Positions 1 through 9,565 of a stretch of DNA of 64,000 nt are shown one piece after another; within the stretch, counting starts at the first letter, position 1, and each line of letters starts with the position of its first letter. Where the stretch lies: contig OZ243956.1 of assembly GCA_965214405.1 (NCBI GenBank), positions 1,504,001 through 1,568,000 on the forward strand. The letters run 5' to 3'. The notes beneath the pieces were generated by a model. The model had not been told where the DNA came from and made no database searches. It saw only the letters and a list, made by a program, of their open reading frames with translations. Source of the DNA: Trueperaceae bacterium. GTDB lineage: Bacteria > Deinococcota > Deinococci > Deinococcales > Trueperaceae. Position numbers and translations under genes: made by a program.

Positions 1-1038
1 TTCGGCACCTGCGACGACAACCTCCTCTACCGCCCCGCCGAGGCCGGAAGTTTCGCGCCGCCCTCGCGTCTCACCCCCTCCTACTGCGCGCTGTCGATGC
101 TCTTTACCGACTGGAACCGCTCAGGCACGCCGAGTTTGCGCGTCTCGAACGACCGGCAGTATTACCTCACCAACGACGACCGGACGGGCGGTGAGCAACT
201 GTGGCACGTGCCGCCGGGGGAGTTGCCGCGACCCTATACCGAGGCGGAGGGCTGGGAAAAGGTGCAAATCTGGGGCATGGGCATCGCCAGCGCGGACCTA
301 AACGGCGACGAACTGCCCGAATACTTTTTGACCAGTATGGCCGACAACAAACTCCGCACCCTCGCGCGTGGGGCGAGTATGCCAATGTACGACGATGTCG
401 CCTTTGACCGCGGCGTCACCGCGCACCGGCCTTTTATAGGCGACGACACGAACCCCTCGACGGGCTGGCACGCGGCCTTTGAAGACGTGAACAACGACGG
501 CCTGTGGGATTTGTTCGTCGCCAAGGGCAACGTGGACGCGATGCCGGACATGGCGCTAGAAGACCCCAATAATTTACTCCTGGGCAATGAGGACGGCACC
601 TTTACCGAGGCCGCCGACAGAGCGGGTCTGCTCTCTTTTAAGAGAGGCCGGGGCGCGGCAGTAGTAGACCTCAACATGGACGGCTTACTCGACGTGGTGG
701 TCGCCAACCGGGGCGACAATGCGCAGGTTTGGCGCAACGTGAGCGAGGAAAAGGGTGACTTTCTGGCGGTGCGTTTGCAAGACGAGGGCGGCAACCGGGA
801 CGGGGTGGGGAGTCTGCTCGAGCTCCGCACCCCCAATCGCACCCTCACCCGCGAGGTCACCGTGGGCGGCGGTCACGCGGGCGGGACGCTAGGCTTTACG
901 CACTTCGGCTTAGGCGAGGCGACCGGGGCGGAACTGCGGGTAAGGTGGCCCGACGGCGAGGTGAGCCCGTGGCGGGAGGTGCCCGCGAACGCGTTTATCG
1001 CGGTGAGCCGTGAAGGAATCCAACGTGTGAACCCTTAA
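1..1038 (+). CDS. CRTAC1/ASPIC-UnbV family protein with FG-GAP repeats (5' truncated by the window)
   Basis: Frame is open from base 1. FG-GAP-like motifs (ADLNGDELPE, EDVNNDGLWDLFV, VDLNMDGLLDVVV) and a C-terminal ASPIC/UnbV segment (NRDGVG...HFGLG...VRWPDG). Confidence 0.85.
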   Translation, partial: FGTCDDNLLYRPAEAGSFAPPSRLTPSYCALSMLFTDWNRSGTPSLRVSNDRQYYLTNDDRTGGEQLWHVPPGELPRPYTEAEGWEKVQIWGMGIASADLNGDELPEYFLTSMADNKLRTLARGASMPMYDDVAFDRGVTAHRPFIGDDTNPSTGWHAAFEDVNNDGLWDLFVAKGNVDAMPDMALEDPNNLLLGNEDGTFTEAADRAGLLSFKRGRGAAVVDLNMDGLLDVVVANRGDNAQVWRNVSEEKGDFLAVRLQDEGGNRDGVGSLLELRTPNRTLTREVTVGGGHAGGTLGFTHFGLGEATGAELRVRWPDGEVSPWREVPANAFIAVSREGIQRVNP

Positions 1039-1054
1039 CCCGACCTCAATTTGT

Positions 1055-1070
1055 TATACTGTCCAACAGT
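1055..1070 (+). promoter_or_regulatory. -10 box TATACT overlapped by inverted repeat ACTGT-cca-ACAGT; putative TA autoregulatory operator
   Basis: Lies directly upstream of the antitoxin RBS (GGAGG at 1079-1083). Confidence 0.5.
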
Positions 1071-1088
1071 TGTACTTTGGAGGCCGCT

Positions 1089-1346
1089 ATGTCCCTCGTC
1101 CGCGTAAAACGCAAGCATCAAGTCACGATTCCCGCCAAGGTGCGCGATGAACTCGAATTAGAAGAAGGGGATTGGCTCGAGGTTCAGGTGCAAGGAAACT
1201 GTATCGTCCTCACGCCGCAGGTTGTTGTCGACCGGGTGGATGTGAGGGCGGCGGTGCAGGAGGGGCTGAAGGCTTATCGTCGGGGGGATGTGAGCCCCAG
1301 CTTCGATAATTTAGAAGATTTGAAAGCTTACCTAGACGAAGCGTGA
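1089..1346 (+). CDS. AbrB/MazE/SpoVT family antitoxin
   Basis: VRVKRKHQVTIPAKVRDELELEEGD is the AbrB-fold signature. RBS GGAGG before ATG 1089; stop overlaps the toxin start (GTGA). Confidence 0.85.
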   Translation: MSLVRVKRKHQVTIPAKVRDELELEEGDWLEVQVQGNCIVLTPQVVVDRVDVRAAVQEGLKAYRRGDVSPSFDNLEDLKAYLDEA

Positions 1347-1591
1347 ATGTCCGCTTTACCGACCCGGCCAAAAAGGATTACCGGAAGCTCGAGCCCGGCC
1401 TGCAAAAACGCCTCATCAAGCAGCTCGGCTTCCTTAGAGAGAATCTGCGTCATCCCTCCCTGAACGCCAAAAAGTATCCCGAAGGGGGTGAAGGCGTTTG
1501 GCAAGGCCGCGTAGACCGAAGTTACCGCTTCTACTTCCTTATCGAAGAGGATGTTTACGTAGTTCTGCGCGTCATCCCGCACCCCAAGTAA
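1343..1591 (+). CDS. RelE/ParE superfamily toxin
   Basis: 82 aa. FTDPAKKDYRKL...LRHPSLNAKK...WQGRVDRSYRFYF...VLRVIPH is typical of RelE-like ribonucleases. Confidence 0.8.
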   Translation: MNVRFTDPAKKDYRKLEPGLQKRLIKQLGFLRENLRHPSLNAKKYPEGGEGVWQGRVDRSYRFYFLIEEDVYVVLRVIPHPK

Positions 1592-1616
1592 TTTCACACT
1601 TGACGGTGTGAGCGCG

Positions 1617-2066
1617 TCAACCGTCAAGCACGCGCAACTTCTCCTCAAGCCTCCCCAACAGCGCGTCAAACTCCCAACTGAGCCCCGCGCGTTCAAAAGG
1701 CACAAAGCGGTGTTTGAGAACCATGCCCTTGTCCATGTCGCCCGCTGAGACGGTGTGGTCCCAGGCGTCGGGAGTGTTTGAGGGAGCTCTGAGCCAGAAG
1801 TAGTGGCGGCGTTCAAAAAGATGGCCAAACTCTGGAACGTGCGCCTCCCGGTGCTGTGTGCCTAAAAAGACGGGGCTGGATAGCGCAAGACCAGACTCTT
1901 CAAAAGCCTCACGCAACGTAGCGTCTTCCCAGCTTTCACCCTCATCTACACCGCCACCCACAACGAGCACACCTTCACACCCCTCGGTGTAACGTTCGGC
2001 GTATTCGTACACCAAAAGCTCCCAGCCTCTCGTGATGTAGCAGCAAACCCGGTCTCTGGTCCTCAC
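1617..2066 (-). CDS. NUDIX hydrolase
   Basis: Nudix box GGGVDEGESWEDATLREAFEESGL. GTG start at 2066 overlaps the malQ stop (GTGA). Confidence 0.8.
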   Translation of the reverse strand: MRTRDRVCCYITRGWELLVYEYAERYTEGCEGVLVVGGGVDEGESWEDATLREAFEESGLALSSPVFLGTQHREAHVPEFGHLFERRHYFWLRAPSNTPDAWDHTVSAGDMDKGMVLKHRFVPFERAGLSWEFDALLGRLEEKLRVLDG

Positions 2067-3631
2067 TCCGCCACAGCGTCGCTGACAGCGTCGTCGTGCG
2101 TGACCGTCTGACGGTAGGGCGTGTCTGCGGCTTCCTCTTCGCCCAAGCGCCCGTAGAGCTGGGTCATATCGCGCAACGAGGGAGCGACCCAGTCGGCAAG
2201 CTGCCCTTGCGTGTAGCGCCAGCCCCAGTTGCCCGCCGCCGCGCCGGGTGTGTTCATGCGCGCGTCCGAACCCAGGCCGAGCACGTCTTGGAGGGGCACG
2301 ACGGCAAAGTCGGCGACGGACGAGAAAGCGAGGCGGACCAAGGACCAAGCGGCGTTGGAGCCGTCTCGAGCCAAGTAACGGCGCACCATGTCCTGCTCTT
2401 TTTCGGGCGCGGTTTCGTACCAGCCTTGCGTGGTGTCGTTGTCGTGCGTGCCCGTGTAGACGACGCAGCCGCGCGGGTAGTTGTGGGGCAAATAGGGGTC
2501 GGCGGCCCCGTCGGCAAAGGCGAACTGCAAGACCTTCATGCCGGGGAGGTTGTTATCGTCGCGTAACGCTTCGACCTCCGGGGTAATGACGCCCAAGTCC
2601 TCGGCGATAATCGGCAGGTCGCCCAGGGCTTCTTTGACCGCGTCAAAAAAGGTCTGACCGGGTCCCTTGACCCAGCGCCCGTGGACGGCGGTGGGCTCGT
2701 CTGCGGGGATTTCCCAGTAGGCTTCGAAGCCGCGGAAGTGGTCGATGCGGACGAAGTCGAAAAACTCCAAGGTCGAGCGGATGCGGGAAATCCACCAGGC
2801 GAAGCCGTTCTTTTTCATCACGTCCCAGCGGTATAGGGGATTGCCCCAGCGCTGGCCCGTCTCGCTAAAGTAGTCGGGCGGCACCCCCGCCACCACGGTC
2901 GGGTTGCCCGATTCGTCAAAGTGAAAAAGCTCGGGGTTGGCCCAGGCGTCTGCGGAGTCGTAGGCGATAAAGATGGGGATGTCGCCGATGATGTTGACGT
3001 CTCGAGCGTTGGCGTAGGCGCGCAGCGAGAGCCACTGCTCGTAAAAGAACCACTGCCAGACTTTGTGTTTGTCGATTTCGTTTTCTAAGCGCGCGCCCCA
3101 CGCTTCTAAAGCCTCCGGGTGCCGCGCGCGGATGCCCTCGTCCCAGGCGCTCCAGGAGCCGCCGCCGTGCGCCTCTTTGCAGGCCATAAAGAGCGCGTAG
3201 TCGTCTAACCATCCCGCTTGCGCCTCGCAAAACTTTCTAAACTGCGCCTGCTGCTTCCCTGTCTTGTTCTCCGTAAAGTGGCGGTACGCGCGGGTCAGGC
3301 GCTCCAACTTAAACGGAATCACCGCGCCGTAGTCCACCCGCTCGGCGGGAAAGTCGGGAACCTCGGACAGCGCGTCCGCGTCTAAAAAACCGTCCTCAAC
3401 GAGGCGCTCGAGCGAAATCAAATAAGGGTTGCCCGCAAAGGCGCTGAAACATTGATAGGGCGAATCGCCGAAACCCGTGGGGCCTAAGGGCATAAGCTGC
3501 CACAGCCCCTGGCCCGCCTCGACCAGAAAATCCACCCAGCGGTACGCTTCCGCGCCCAGATCGCCGACGCCGTGGGGACCGGGTAGGGAGGTAGGGTGCA
3601 AAAGAAGACCTGAATCGCGCGTGAGTTCCAT
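2063..3631 (-). CDS. malQ: 4-alpha-glucanotransferase (amylomaltase, GH77)
   Basis: RDSGLLLHPTSLP, GDSPYQ, GVPPDYFSETGQRWGNPLY, RIDHFRG, AEDLG and YTGTHDNDT motifs. Confidence 0.97.
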   Translation of the reverse strand: MELTRDSGLLLHPTSLPGPHGVGDLGAEAYRWVDFLVEAGQGLWQLMPLGPTGFGDSPYQCFSAFAGNPYLISLERLVEDGFLDADALSEVPDFPAERVDYGAVIPFKLERLTRAYRHFTENKTGKQQAQFRKFCEAQAGWLDDYALFMACKEAHGGGSWSAWDEGIRARHPEALEAWGARLENEIDKHKVWQWFFYEQWLSLRAYANARDVNIIGDIPIFIAYDSADAWANPELFHFDESGNPTVVAGVPPDYFSETGQRWGNPLYRWDVMKKNGFAWWISRIRSTLEFFDFVRIDHFRGFEAYWEIPADEPTAVHGRWVKGPGQTFFDAVKEALGDLPIIAEDLGVITPEVEALRDDNNLPGMKVLQFAFADGAADPYLPHNYPRGCVVYTGTHDNDTTQGWYETAPEKEQDMVRRYLARDGSNAAWSLVRLAFSSVADFAVVPLQDVLGLGSDARMNTPGAAAGNWGWRYTQGQLADWVAPSLRDMTQLYGRLGEEEAADTPYRQTVTHDDAVSDAVAE

Positions 3632-3764
3632 GTGTGCTCCTTAACTAAAAAAGGTTCGAACCGGCGGTGTTGTGTAAGGGGCACAAGGACGTGCTCGAGC
3701 CCCGCCCAAACGTCCTTTAGTTTATGCCATTCTTGGGCCGTTGTCGCGCCTTGGTAGAAATTAT

Positions 3765-5654
3765 CTAGTGGGAGACGATTTCACCGGGTGGCGCTGTTTC
3801 GTGAAGTTCAGCGGGGGCGCGGGCGGGCAAGCGCACCGTGAACGTCGAGCCCACCCCCACCGCGCTCTGAACCGTGATGTCGCCGCCCAGAAGTTCGCAC
3901 AAGCGTTTGCAAAGGGTGAGGCCGACGCCGGAGCCGCCGTAAGCGCGCGTGTTCGACGCGTCCACCTGGACAAAGGCGTCAAAAATAACGGGGAGGTGTT
4001 CGGCGGCGACGCCGATGCCGGTGTCAGCTACGGTGATAAGCACATGGTTTAACCCTGGCTCTAAGCCTGGGTTTAACTTCGGGTTTAACGCATCGTTTGG
4101 CTTATGCTCTCCCTGCGTTGGCAGGCCCTGCTCGACCTTGACCACAGACGCGCTTAAACGTACCTCGCCGCCCTCGGTAAACTTAGCCGCGTTTGAAAGA
4201 AGCTGCGCCACCACCTCGCGCAGCTTATCGGGGTCGGTGTAAAGCTCGCCCAGATCGTCCGCTAAATTCAGGTGAAAGCGGTTGCCGCGCGCGGTGATAG
4301 TTTTTTCGAACGTATCCGCCACCTCTTGTAAAAGCGCAGGGAGGCGGAAAGTTGTGGGCTCGAGCCTTAGTTCCTGCGTCTCGGTCAGCGCGAGCGTGAG
4401 CGCGCTGCTAATGCGCCCCAAAAGCTCTTCACCGGAGCGGAAAATGAGGTTCGCGTACTCCCGGTTTTTTTCATCAGGAAGCGTGAGGGTTAGGAGTTCC
4501 GAAAAGCCGATGATGGCGGTGAGGGGCGTGCGCAGTTCGTGGCTCATGTTGGCCAGAAACTGCGTCTTGGCGCGGTCGGCGGCCTCGGCCTCGACCTTGG
4601 CGCGGCGCAGCTCGCGCTCCCCTTCCACCCGCTCGGTCACGTCGCGCACGACCACGACCGTCGCGCCCGTTTCGCCGCCGCGCTTTAGGGGCGAGAGGTG
4701 GAGCTCGAACACGCGCCCGTCCACCATCATCACCTCCTGACGCGGCTCGGTGAGGTCGCGGTAGCGCGCCAAGGCCTCGGGACGGTCGCCAAACACTTCT
4801 GCCACATCGCAACCGACGAACGCCTGCTCGGTTCGCTGGACGATGCGTAAGATGGCGGGGTTGGCGTCGATGATGCGGCGGGAAGCGTCAACGACGAACA
4901 CGCCGTCGCTCATGCTCTCGATGACCAGACCCCGCGCGACGGGCACGAGCTCGAAAAGCTTGTAGCGGAACATGCCCCAGGCGATGAGCGCGCTCGCCAC
5001 CGCGAAGCCGAGGGGCGTGAGGTCGTACCCGTCCGACACGCCTATGAGGTAGAGCGTGCTCGTCACGAGAGGCGCCGTCACGCCGCCCAGCAAGACGACG
5101 CTCTGGCCGCGGTAGCGCCCCGGCGACCGCCACAAAAAGCGCGCCATGAGCGCCGTGCCTATGAGCATAAGCCCATAAGAATAGGCCGTGTGAAGCCAGA
5201 AAAAAACGCCGTGCTGCACCTCGAGCCTTGGCGGCGCCCCCCCCAAACCGACTTGCGACCAGATGAGACCGTGAGACGCAGCGTGAGGGAAGAAACCCTG
5301 GGGCGCGTTCGTCCACACCAGCGTGAGCGTGAGGGCGGGGAAGAGACAAAGGAACAAAAGGGCGCGGCGGGAGAAAGGTTTGGCGGTGTAGCTTCTCGCA
5401 AACGCCAGCCAGCACACGGGGATGAACACAATGCCCAGGTACTCGAGCCGCGCGTAAAAAAGCACCCGCTCGAGGCTCGTGCTGGCGAGTTCCAGCCCGT
5501 AAAAAAACGACCACCACCCCGCGCCGAGCGCGAGCAGCTCGAGGGGCACCACCCCCGCCGTGCGGCGGTAACGCCACATGGCGGCGGCGAGCACGAACGC
5601 GGCCACCGCCACCCCTCCAAGGAGGGGCGTGTAGGGCGTGGTCATCTCAATCAT
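3765..5654 (-). CDS. Sensor histidine kinase (HisKA_7TM N-terminus, PAS, HisKA, HATPase)
   Basis: Seven hydrophobic segments, a PAS-like region (MSDGVFVVD...DANPA), H-box ANMSHELRTPLTAIIGFSELL, N-box LLSNAAKFT, and G-boxes DTGIG and GSGVGL. Confidence 0.92.
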   Translation of the reverse strand: MIEMTTPYTPLLGGVAVAAFVLAAAMWRYRRTAGVVPLELLALGAGWWSFFYGLELASTSLERVLFYARLEYLGIVFIPVCWLAFARSYTAKPFSRRALLFLCLFPALTLTLVWTNAPQGFFPHAASHGLIWSQVGLGGAPPRLEVQHGVFFWLHTAYSYGLMLIGTALMARFLWRSPGRYRGQSVVLLGGVTAPLVTSTLYLIGVSDGYDLTPLGFAVASALIAWGMFRYKLFELVPVARGLVIESMSDGVFVVDASRRIIDANPAILRIVQRTEQAFVGCDVAEVFGDRPEALARYRDLTEPRQEVMMVDGRVFELHLSPLKRGGETGATVVVVRDVTERVEGERELRRAKVEAEAADRAKTQFLANMSHELRTPLTAIIGFSELLTLTLPDEKNREYANLIFRSGEELLGRISSALTLALTETQELRLEPTTFRLPALLQEVADTFEKTITARGNRFHLNLADDLGELYTDPDKLREVVAQLLSNAAKFTEGGEVRLSASVVKVEQGLPTQGEHKPNDALNPKLNPGLEPGLNHVLITVADTGIGVAAEHLPVIFDAFVQVDASNTRAYGGSGVGLTLCKRLCELLGGDITVQSAVGVGSTFTVRLPARAPAELHETAPPGEIVSH

Positions 5655-5695
5655 GGTCGTTGCTCTATCTTAAAAGAAATAGGGCGCGGAAAATC

Positions 5696-5865
5696 TTACT
5701 CTTTCCCGCCCCCGTCACGCTGTTCACCCCTTGAATAAGTGGCAGAACTCCGAATATCAACCTCAAATACCGCCTCTGTCTGCTCCCAGACCTCAGCGAG
5801 GTCATGCTCGTCCCAGTATTTCCCAGCTTCTTGGTATAACGTGGCCTGCGAGATGAACGTTTTAC
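5696..5865 (-). pseudogene. Remnant of a CopG-type antitoxin gene
   Basis: Fragment EAGKYWDEHDLAEVWEQTEAVFEVDIRS resembles the FWDxHDL motif of CopG_antitoxin proteins. No own start and no C-terminal RHH. Confidence 0.45.
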
Positions 5866-6329
5866 GCTTCGGCACTAACGCCATAGGTAAGTAAAGCACT
5901 TTCGATCTGCATCTGCTCAGTAGTCTCTGGATAAAGTCGGTAGCGCGGCGCAACAATTGGCTGGACCTCTTTCACTTCGATAGCGATAATCATGTGAATA
6001 GGGAACGCTTCTCCTGTTAACGCTTTTAGAGGTGAAACCCTCTGCGCGTACGCCTTTTCTTTTTTGTGAATAAGTGTAGCAGCACCTTTTACTTTGTAAC
6101 CCTTCTGCACGAGTACATCAATGAAACTTACACAAACCTGCGGGTTACTCCTGATATTACGGACACTTTCAGGTGATGCGATGTTTGCGATAAGGATATG
6201 CGTGTCATCTTCTACAGCGAATATCTCTTTCGGAGACACATTGGGCGTACCGTCATCTGATACGGTAGCCAACCAGCAAAGAACACTCTTCTCCGCATAC
6301 TTTTTGACATCCTCTGTCAGCATAGACAT
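5862..6329 (-). CDS. Pyridoxamine 5'-phosphate oxidase-like FMN-binding protein
   Basis: LCWLATVSDDGTPNVSPK, SVRNIRSNPQVCVSF and GYKVKG motifs; AT-richer than its neighbours. Confidence 0.85.
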   Translation of the reverse strand: MSMLTEDVKKYAEKSVLCWLATVSDDGTPNVSPKEIFAVEDDTHILIANIASPESVRNIRSNPQVCVSFIDVLVQKGYKVKGAATLIHKKEKAYAQRVSPLKALTGEAFPIHMIIAIEVKEVQPIVAPRYRLYPETTEQMQIESALLTYGVSAEA

Positions 6330-6395
6330 TGTTTCCTCATCTCGAAATACAGGCTTGGTTCGCTTTATAGTCTCTGCTTTGGCTTGGGCAATATA

Positions 6396-7325
6396 TCACT
6401 TCTCAAAAGGCTTCCCGATCGCCTTGGGCGGGATCGCCCGCCCGATAAAGCCCGCGAGCACGAGCATCGTCAGGATAAAGGGCACGCTCTGGACCACGGT
6501 CGAGGGCATGATCTGCCGTCCGCCTAAAAGCGTCGCGGCGGCCTCGAACGCGCCAAAGAGGAGCGTCGCGCCGAGCACGCCCAGCGGGTGCCACTTGCCA
6601 AAGATAAGTGCCGCCAGGGCGACAAAGCCGCGCCCGCCCGACATCTCGGAGATAAACTGGTTGAGGTTGCCGATGCTCAAGTAGGCCCCGCCGAGCCCGC
6701 CCAAGACGCCCGACAGGATCACGCCGTAGTAGCGCATCCGCGCCACGCCCACCCCGACGCTGTCGGCAGCCTCCGGGTGCTCACCAACCGCGCGTAGTCG
6801 CAGGCCGAAGGGGGTTCTGAAAAGGACGAACCAGGCGACGGGCACGAGCAAAAACGCGAGGTAGACGAGCGGGGAAAAGCTCCACGCGCCGCGCCCCCAT
6901 TCGGGCAAGCGGTTAACGACGGCTTGGGAGGTGCTCGAGTTGTTGTAAAGCCCCGTCAGCACAACCGCCGGGATGCCGATCGCCATGAGGTTAATCGCGG
7001 TGCCCGAGATGATCTGGTCGGCCTTGTAGCGGATACAGATAACCGCGTGCAAGGCCGCGATGAGCCCACCCGCCACCATCGCCGCGAGCACGCCCAGCCA
7101 GGGGGCGTAAAGAACGACCGCTCGAGGGTTCTCGGCCAAAAAGGGAGCCTCAACAAGCTGCGCGGTCACCGCGGCGGCGAGCGCGCCGAAGAGGATAATG
7201 CCCTCCAGAGCGATATTGACAACCCCCGCGCGCTCGCTAAACATCCCGCCCAGGGCCGCGAACAAGAGCGGCGTGGTGGCCCTAAGCGCGGAGCCTACAA
7301 GCGTAAAAAAGAGTAACAGGTCCAC
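6396..7325 (-). CDS. ABC transporter permease (nucleoside/sugar CUT2 type, BPD_transp_2)
   Basis: SERAGVVNIALEG, RTPFGLRLRAVGEHPEAADSVG and GRGFVALAALIFGKWHP motifs. Confidence 0.92.
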   Translation of the reverse strand: MDLLLFFTLVGSALRATTPLLFAALGGMFSERAGVVNIALEGIILFGALAAAVTAQLVEAPFLAENPRAVVLYAPWLGVLAAMVAGGLIAALHAVICIRYKADQIISGTAINLMAIGIPAVVLTGLYNNSSTSQAVVNRLPEWGRGAWSFSPLVYLAFLLVPVAWFVLFRTPFGLRLRAVGEHPEAADSVGVGVARMRYYGVILSGVLGGLGGAYLSIGNLNQFISEMSGGRGFVALAALIFGKWHPLGVLGATLLFGAFEAAATLLGGRQIMPSTVVQSVPFILTMLVLAGFIGRAIPPKAIGKPFEK

Positions 7326-9565
7326 TACACACCTTCCCCAGGTTCCGACCGAACCGGGCGACCGGGCGGGTCGAGCGGCGCGGTGCGCTCGGGGTCGAGT
7401 TCGGCGTATTCGTCCTCGAGCGTTTTCCCGCGCCGCAACGGGTCGGTGAGTCTATCAGGCAGAAAGCCGCGCGCCGCGATAAAGAGCACGACCAGCGCCA
7501 AAATCATCGAGACCACGTCGCGGGTAAGGTCGCTAAAGGTGATGTTGAGAATCGAGCCGCCGTTTTTCAAGACGCCGAAAAGGAAGGCGGACAAAATTAC
7601 GCCGAACGGGGTGTTACCGCCCAACAGCGCCACCGCGATGCCGTCGAAGCCGTCGCCCGTGGGGAGCGACTGGCGCAGGGCGTAGTCCTCGAGCGCCCCC
7701 CCCAACACGTAGTGCGTCGCGGAAAGCCCCGCGAACGCGCCGGAGACGCTCATCGCTAAGATGATGTTGCGCGCGATGCTCGCGCCCCCATACTCCGCCG
7801 CCTTGGGCGCGACCCCCACCGCGCGGAGTTCGTAGCCCCATTTGGTGCGCCACAGCAGCACGTACATGAGGAGCGCCGAGACGAGCGCGATAAGAAACGA
7901 GGTGTTGAGCTGCGTGGGCGGGATGGGCGTCGGCACGTTCAACAGTCCCCCAAGCGCGGCCACGCCGTAAGCCACCCCGCCCAGTACGAGCGACGCCACC
8001 AACCGCGGCACCCAAGGTCTGAGCCTCCTGTTTATTCTGGGTGCAAGCGCGAGCATGAGGAGGGCTATCAAGAGCGCGACGGGTAGAGCGTAATTCACCC
8101 CGACGACGTTGGTGCCGGGGTTTATGCTCGAGTCAATCCCAAACAGCGCGGGCACCTGCGAGAGCCGCGCTTCCGGCGTGAGCGGGTACGACTTGGGCTC
8201 CGAACCTGGCACCTTGAAGGGCAGCGCGAGCGTCACGGGCGCGTCCCCAGCCCTCGGCAACCCCGCCACGACCACACCCGCGAGGAGCAGCACGCCTCCT
8301 ACTGCAAAGACGAGGCGGGTGCGGCGGGTGACAAAGCGGCGGAGCGGCGCGATGAGGTTGAGCAGGATGGCGAGCACCGCGAACGCGGCGATAACCCAGA
8401 TGATACGCACCGCGGGCGCGGCAAAGGTTTGATTGGAGGAGAGAATAAAGAGCAAAAGCGAGGCCGCGATGTAGTTGAGCAAGATGGTGTTGATGACCTC
8501 GTTCGCCCCGAAGCGCGCCTTGAGCCAACCCGGCAGCGCCCCCCATAGCCCGCCCCCCAGCGCGGCGGCGAGCACGGCAAGGGGCAACACCAAAACCCGC
8601 GGCCCTGGCAAGTAAACCCCGGCGAGCATCGCAAAAATCGCGCCTAAGACCATCTGCCCCGGCGCGCCGATGTTAAAAAGCCCCGCCTGAAACGCGAAGG
8701 CCACCGACAAGCCCGTAAAAATGAGCGGCGTCGCAAATTTGAGCGCTTCTAAAAAGCCCGGCAGCGTCCCCAAAGAGCCCGCGAAAAGCGTCTCATAGGC
8801 GTACCAGACCGTGTCGAGCCGCCCCGCCAAGACCTCGCGCCAGCCTTCCAGCACGACGCCACTCCCCACAGGCGTAGGCTGCAACAGCAAAACGACCACC
8901 GCCGCCGCGAGGAGCGCCAGCAGGATCGAAACGGCGGGCACCGCGACCGCCGCCAAGAAACGGTCGATAAACGCCCCCGCTTTGCGGAACAGCCGCAACC
9001 CGAAAAGAAACGCCAGCGCGCCCGTCACCAGGGCCAAAAAAGCCGAAAGTCCAGCGCCCGCCCCTTCAAAAGGGAGCGTGCGAATCCTCACGCCCGCCCC
9101 CCGCACCGCGGCGAGCGTTGTTTCTAAAGATTCATTACCTTGGAGGACGGCCTCGAGCGCCGCCGTATCGGTTCGCGCGGAGGGCGACTCGAGCGCCCCT
9201 CGGGCCTCCGCGCGAACCGCGTCGAAATTCGCCCTGGCAACGGTGTTCTGGAGCGTCCCCAGCCCCACCGCCGTCGTGATGATGAGCGCTACCCCGGCAA
9301 AAAGCCACAGCCCGCAGCGCACCCGGCGCGGCGCGAGCGCGGCTGCGGCTACCAGCGCGAGCGCGAGAGCCGTGAGTACCAACATCACGCCCTGCCCCGG
9401 CACCACGGGTGCGGAGGTGCGCCCCGTCAAATCGAGCACGCGGTTGGGCAACAGCAGGAGCGCGCTGCGCCCGCCTATCTCGCGCGTTAGCGCCGCCCAG
9501 GGGGCCAGCCACACGCTCAAGAGGGTGAGGAGCGCGAGCGCGCCTACGGAAATTCGTTCGGTCAC
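7325..9565 (-). CDS. ABC transporter permease (nucleoside type) with long N-terminal and internal extensions
   Basis: GLFNIGAPGQ, ANEVINTILLNYIA, GYELRAVG and GFDGIAVALLG motifs; 746 aa. Confidence 0.88.
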   Translation of the reverse strand: MTERISVGALALLTLLSVWLAPWAALTREIGGRSALLLLPNRVLDLTGRTSAPVVPGQGVMLVLTALALALVAAAALAPRRVRCGLWLFAGVALIITTAVGLGTLQNTVARANFDAVRAEARGALESPSARTDTAALEAVLQGNESLETTLAAVRGAGVRIRTLPFEGAGAGLSAFLALVTGALAFLFGLRLFRKAGAFIDRFLAAVAVPAVSILLALLAAAVVVLLLQPTPVGSGVVLEGWREVLAGRLDTVWYAYETLFAGSLGTLPGFLEALKFATPLIFTGLSVAFAFQAGLFNIGAPGQMVLGAIFAMLAGVYLPGPRVLVLPLAVLAAALGGGLWGALPGWLKARFGANEVINTILLNYIAASLLLFILSSNQTFAAPAVRIIWVIAAFAVLAILLNLIAPLRRFVTRRTRLVFAVGGVLLLAGVVVAGLPRAGDAPVTLALPFKVPGSEPKSYPLTPEARLSQVPALFGIDSSINPGTNVVGVNYALPVALLIALLMLALAPRINRRLRPWVPRLVASLVLGGVAYGVAALGGLLNVPTPIPPTQLNTSFLIALVSALLMYVLLWRTKWGYELRAVGVAPKAAEYGGASIARNIILAMSVSGAFAGLSATHYVLGGALEDYALRQSLPTGDGFDGIAVALLGGNTPFGVILSAFLFGVLKNGGSILNITFSDLTRDVVSMILALVVLFIAARGFLPDRLTDPLRRGKTLEDEYAELDPERTAPLDPPGRPVRSEPGEGV

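Noticed and set aside
3650..3672. GGTTCGAA resembling a tRNA T-loop
   Set aside because: No cloverleaf or acceptor stem can be formed; it lies in the malQ leader.
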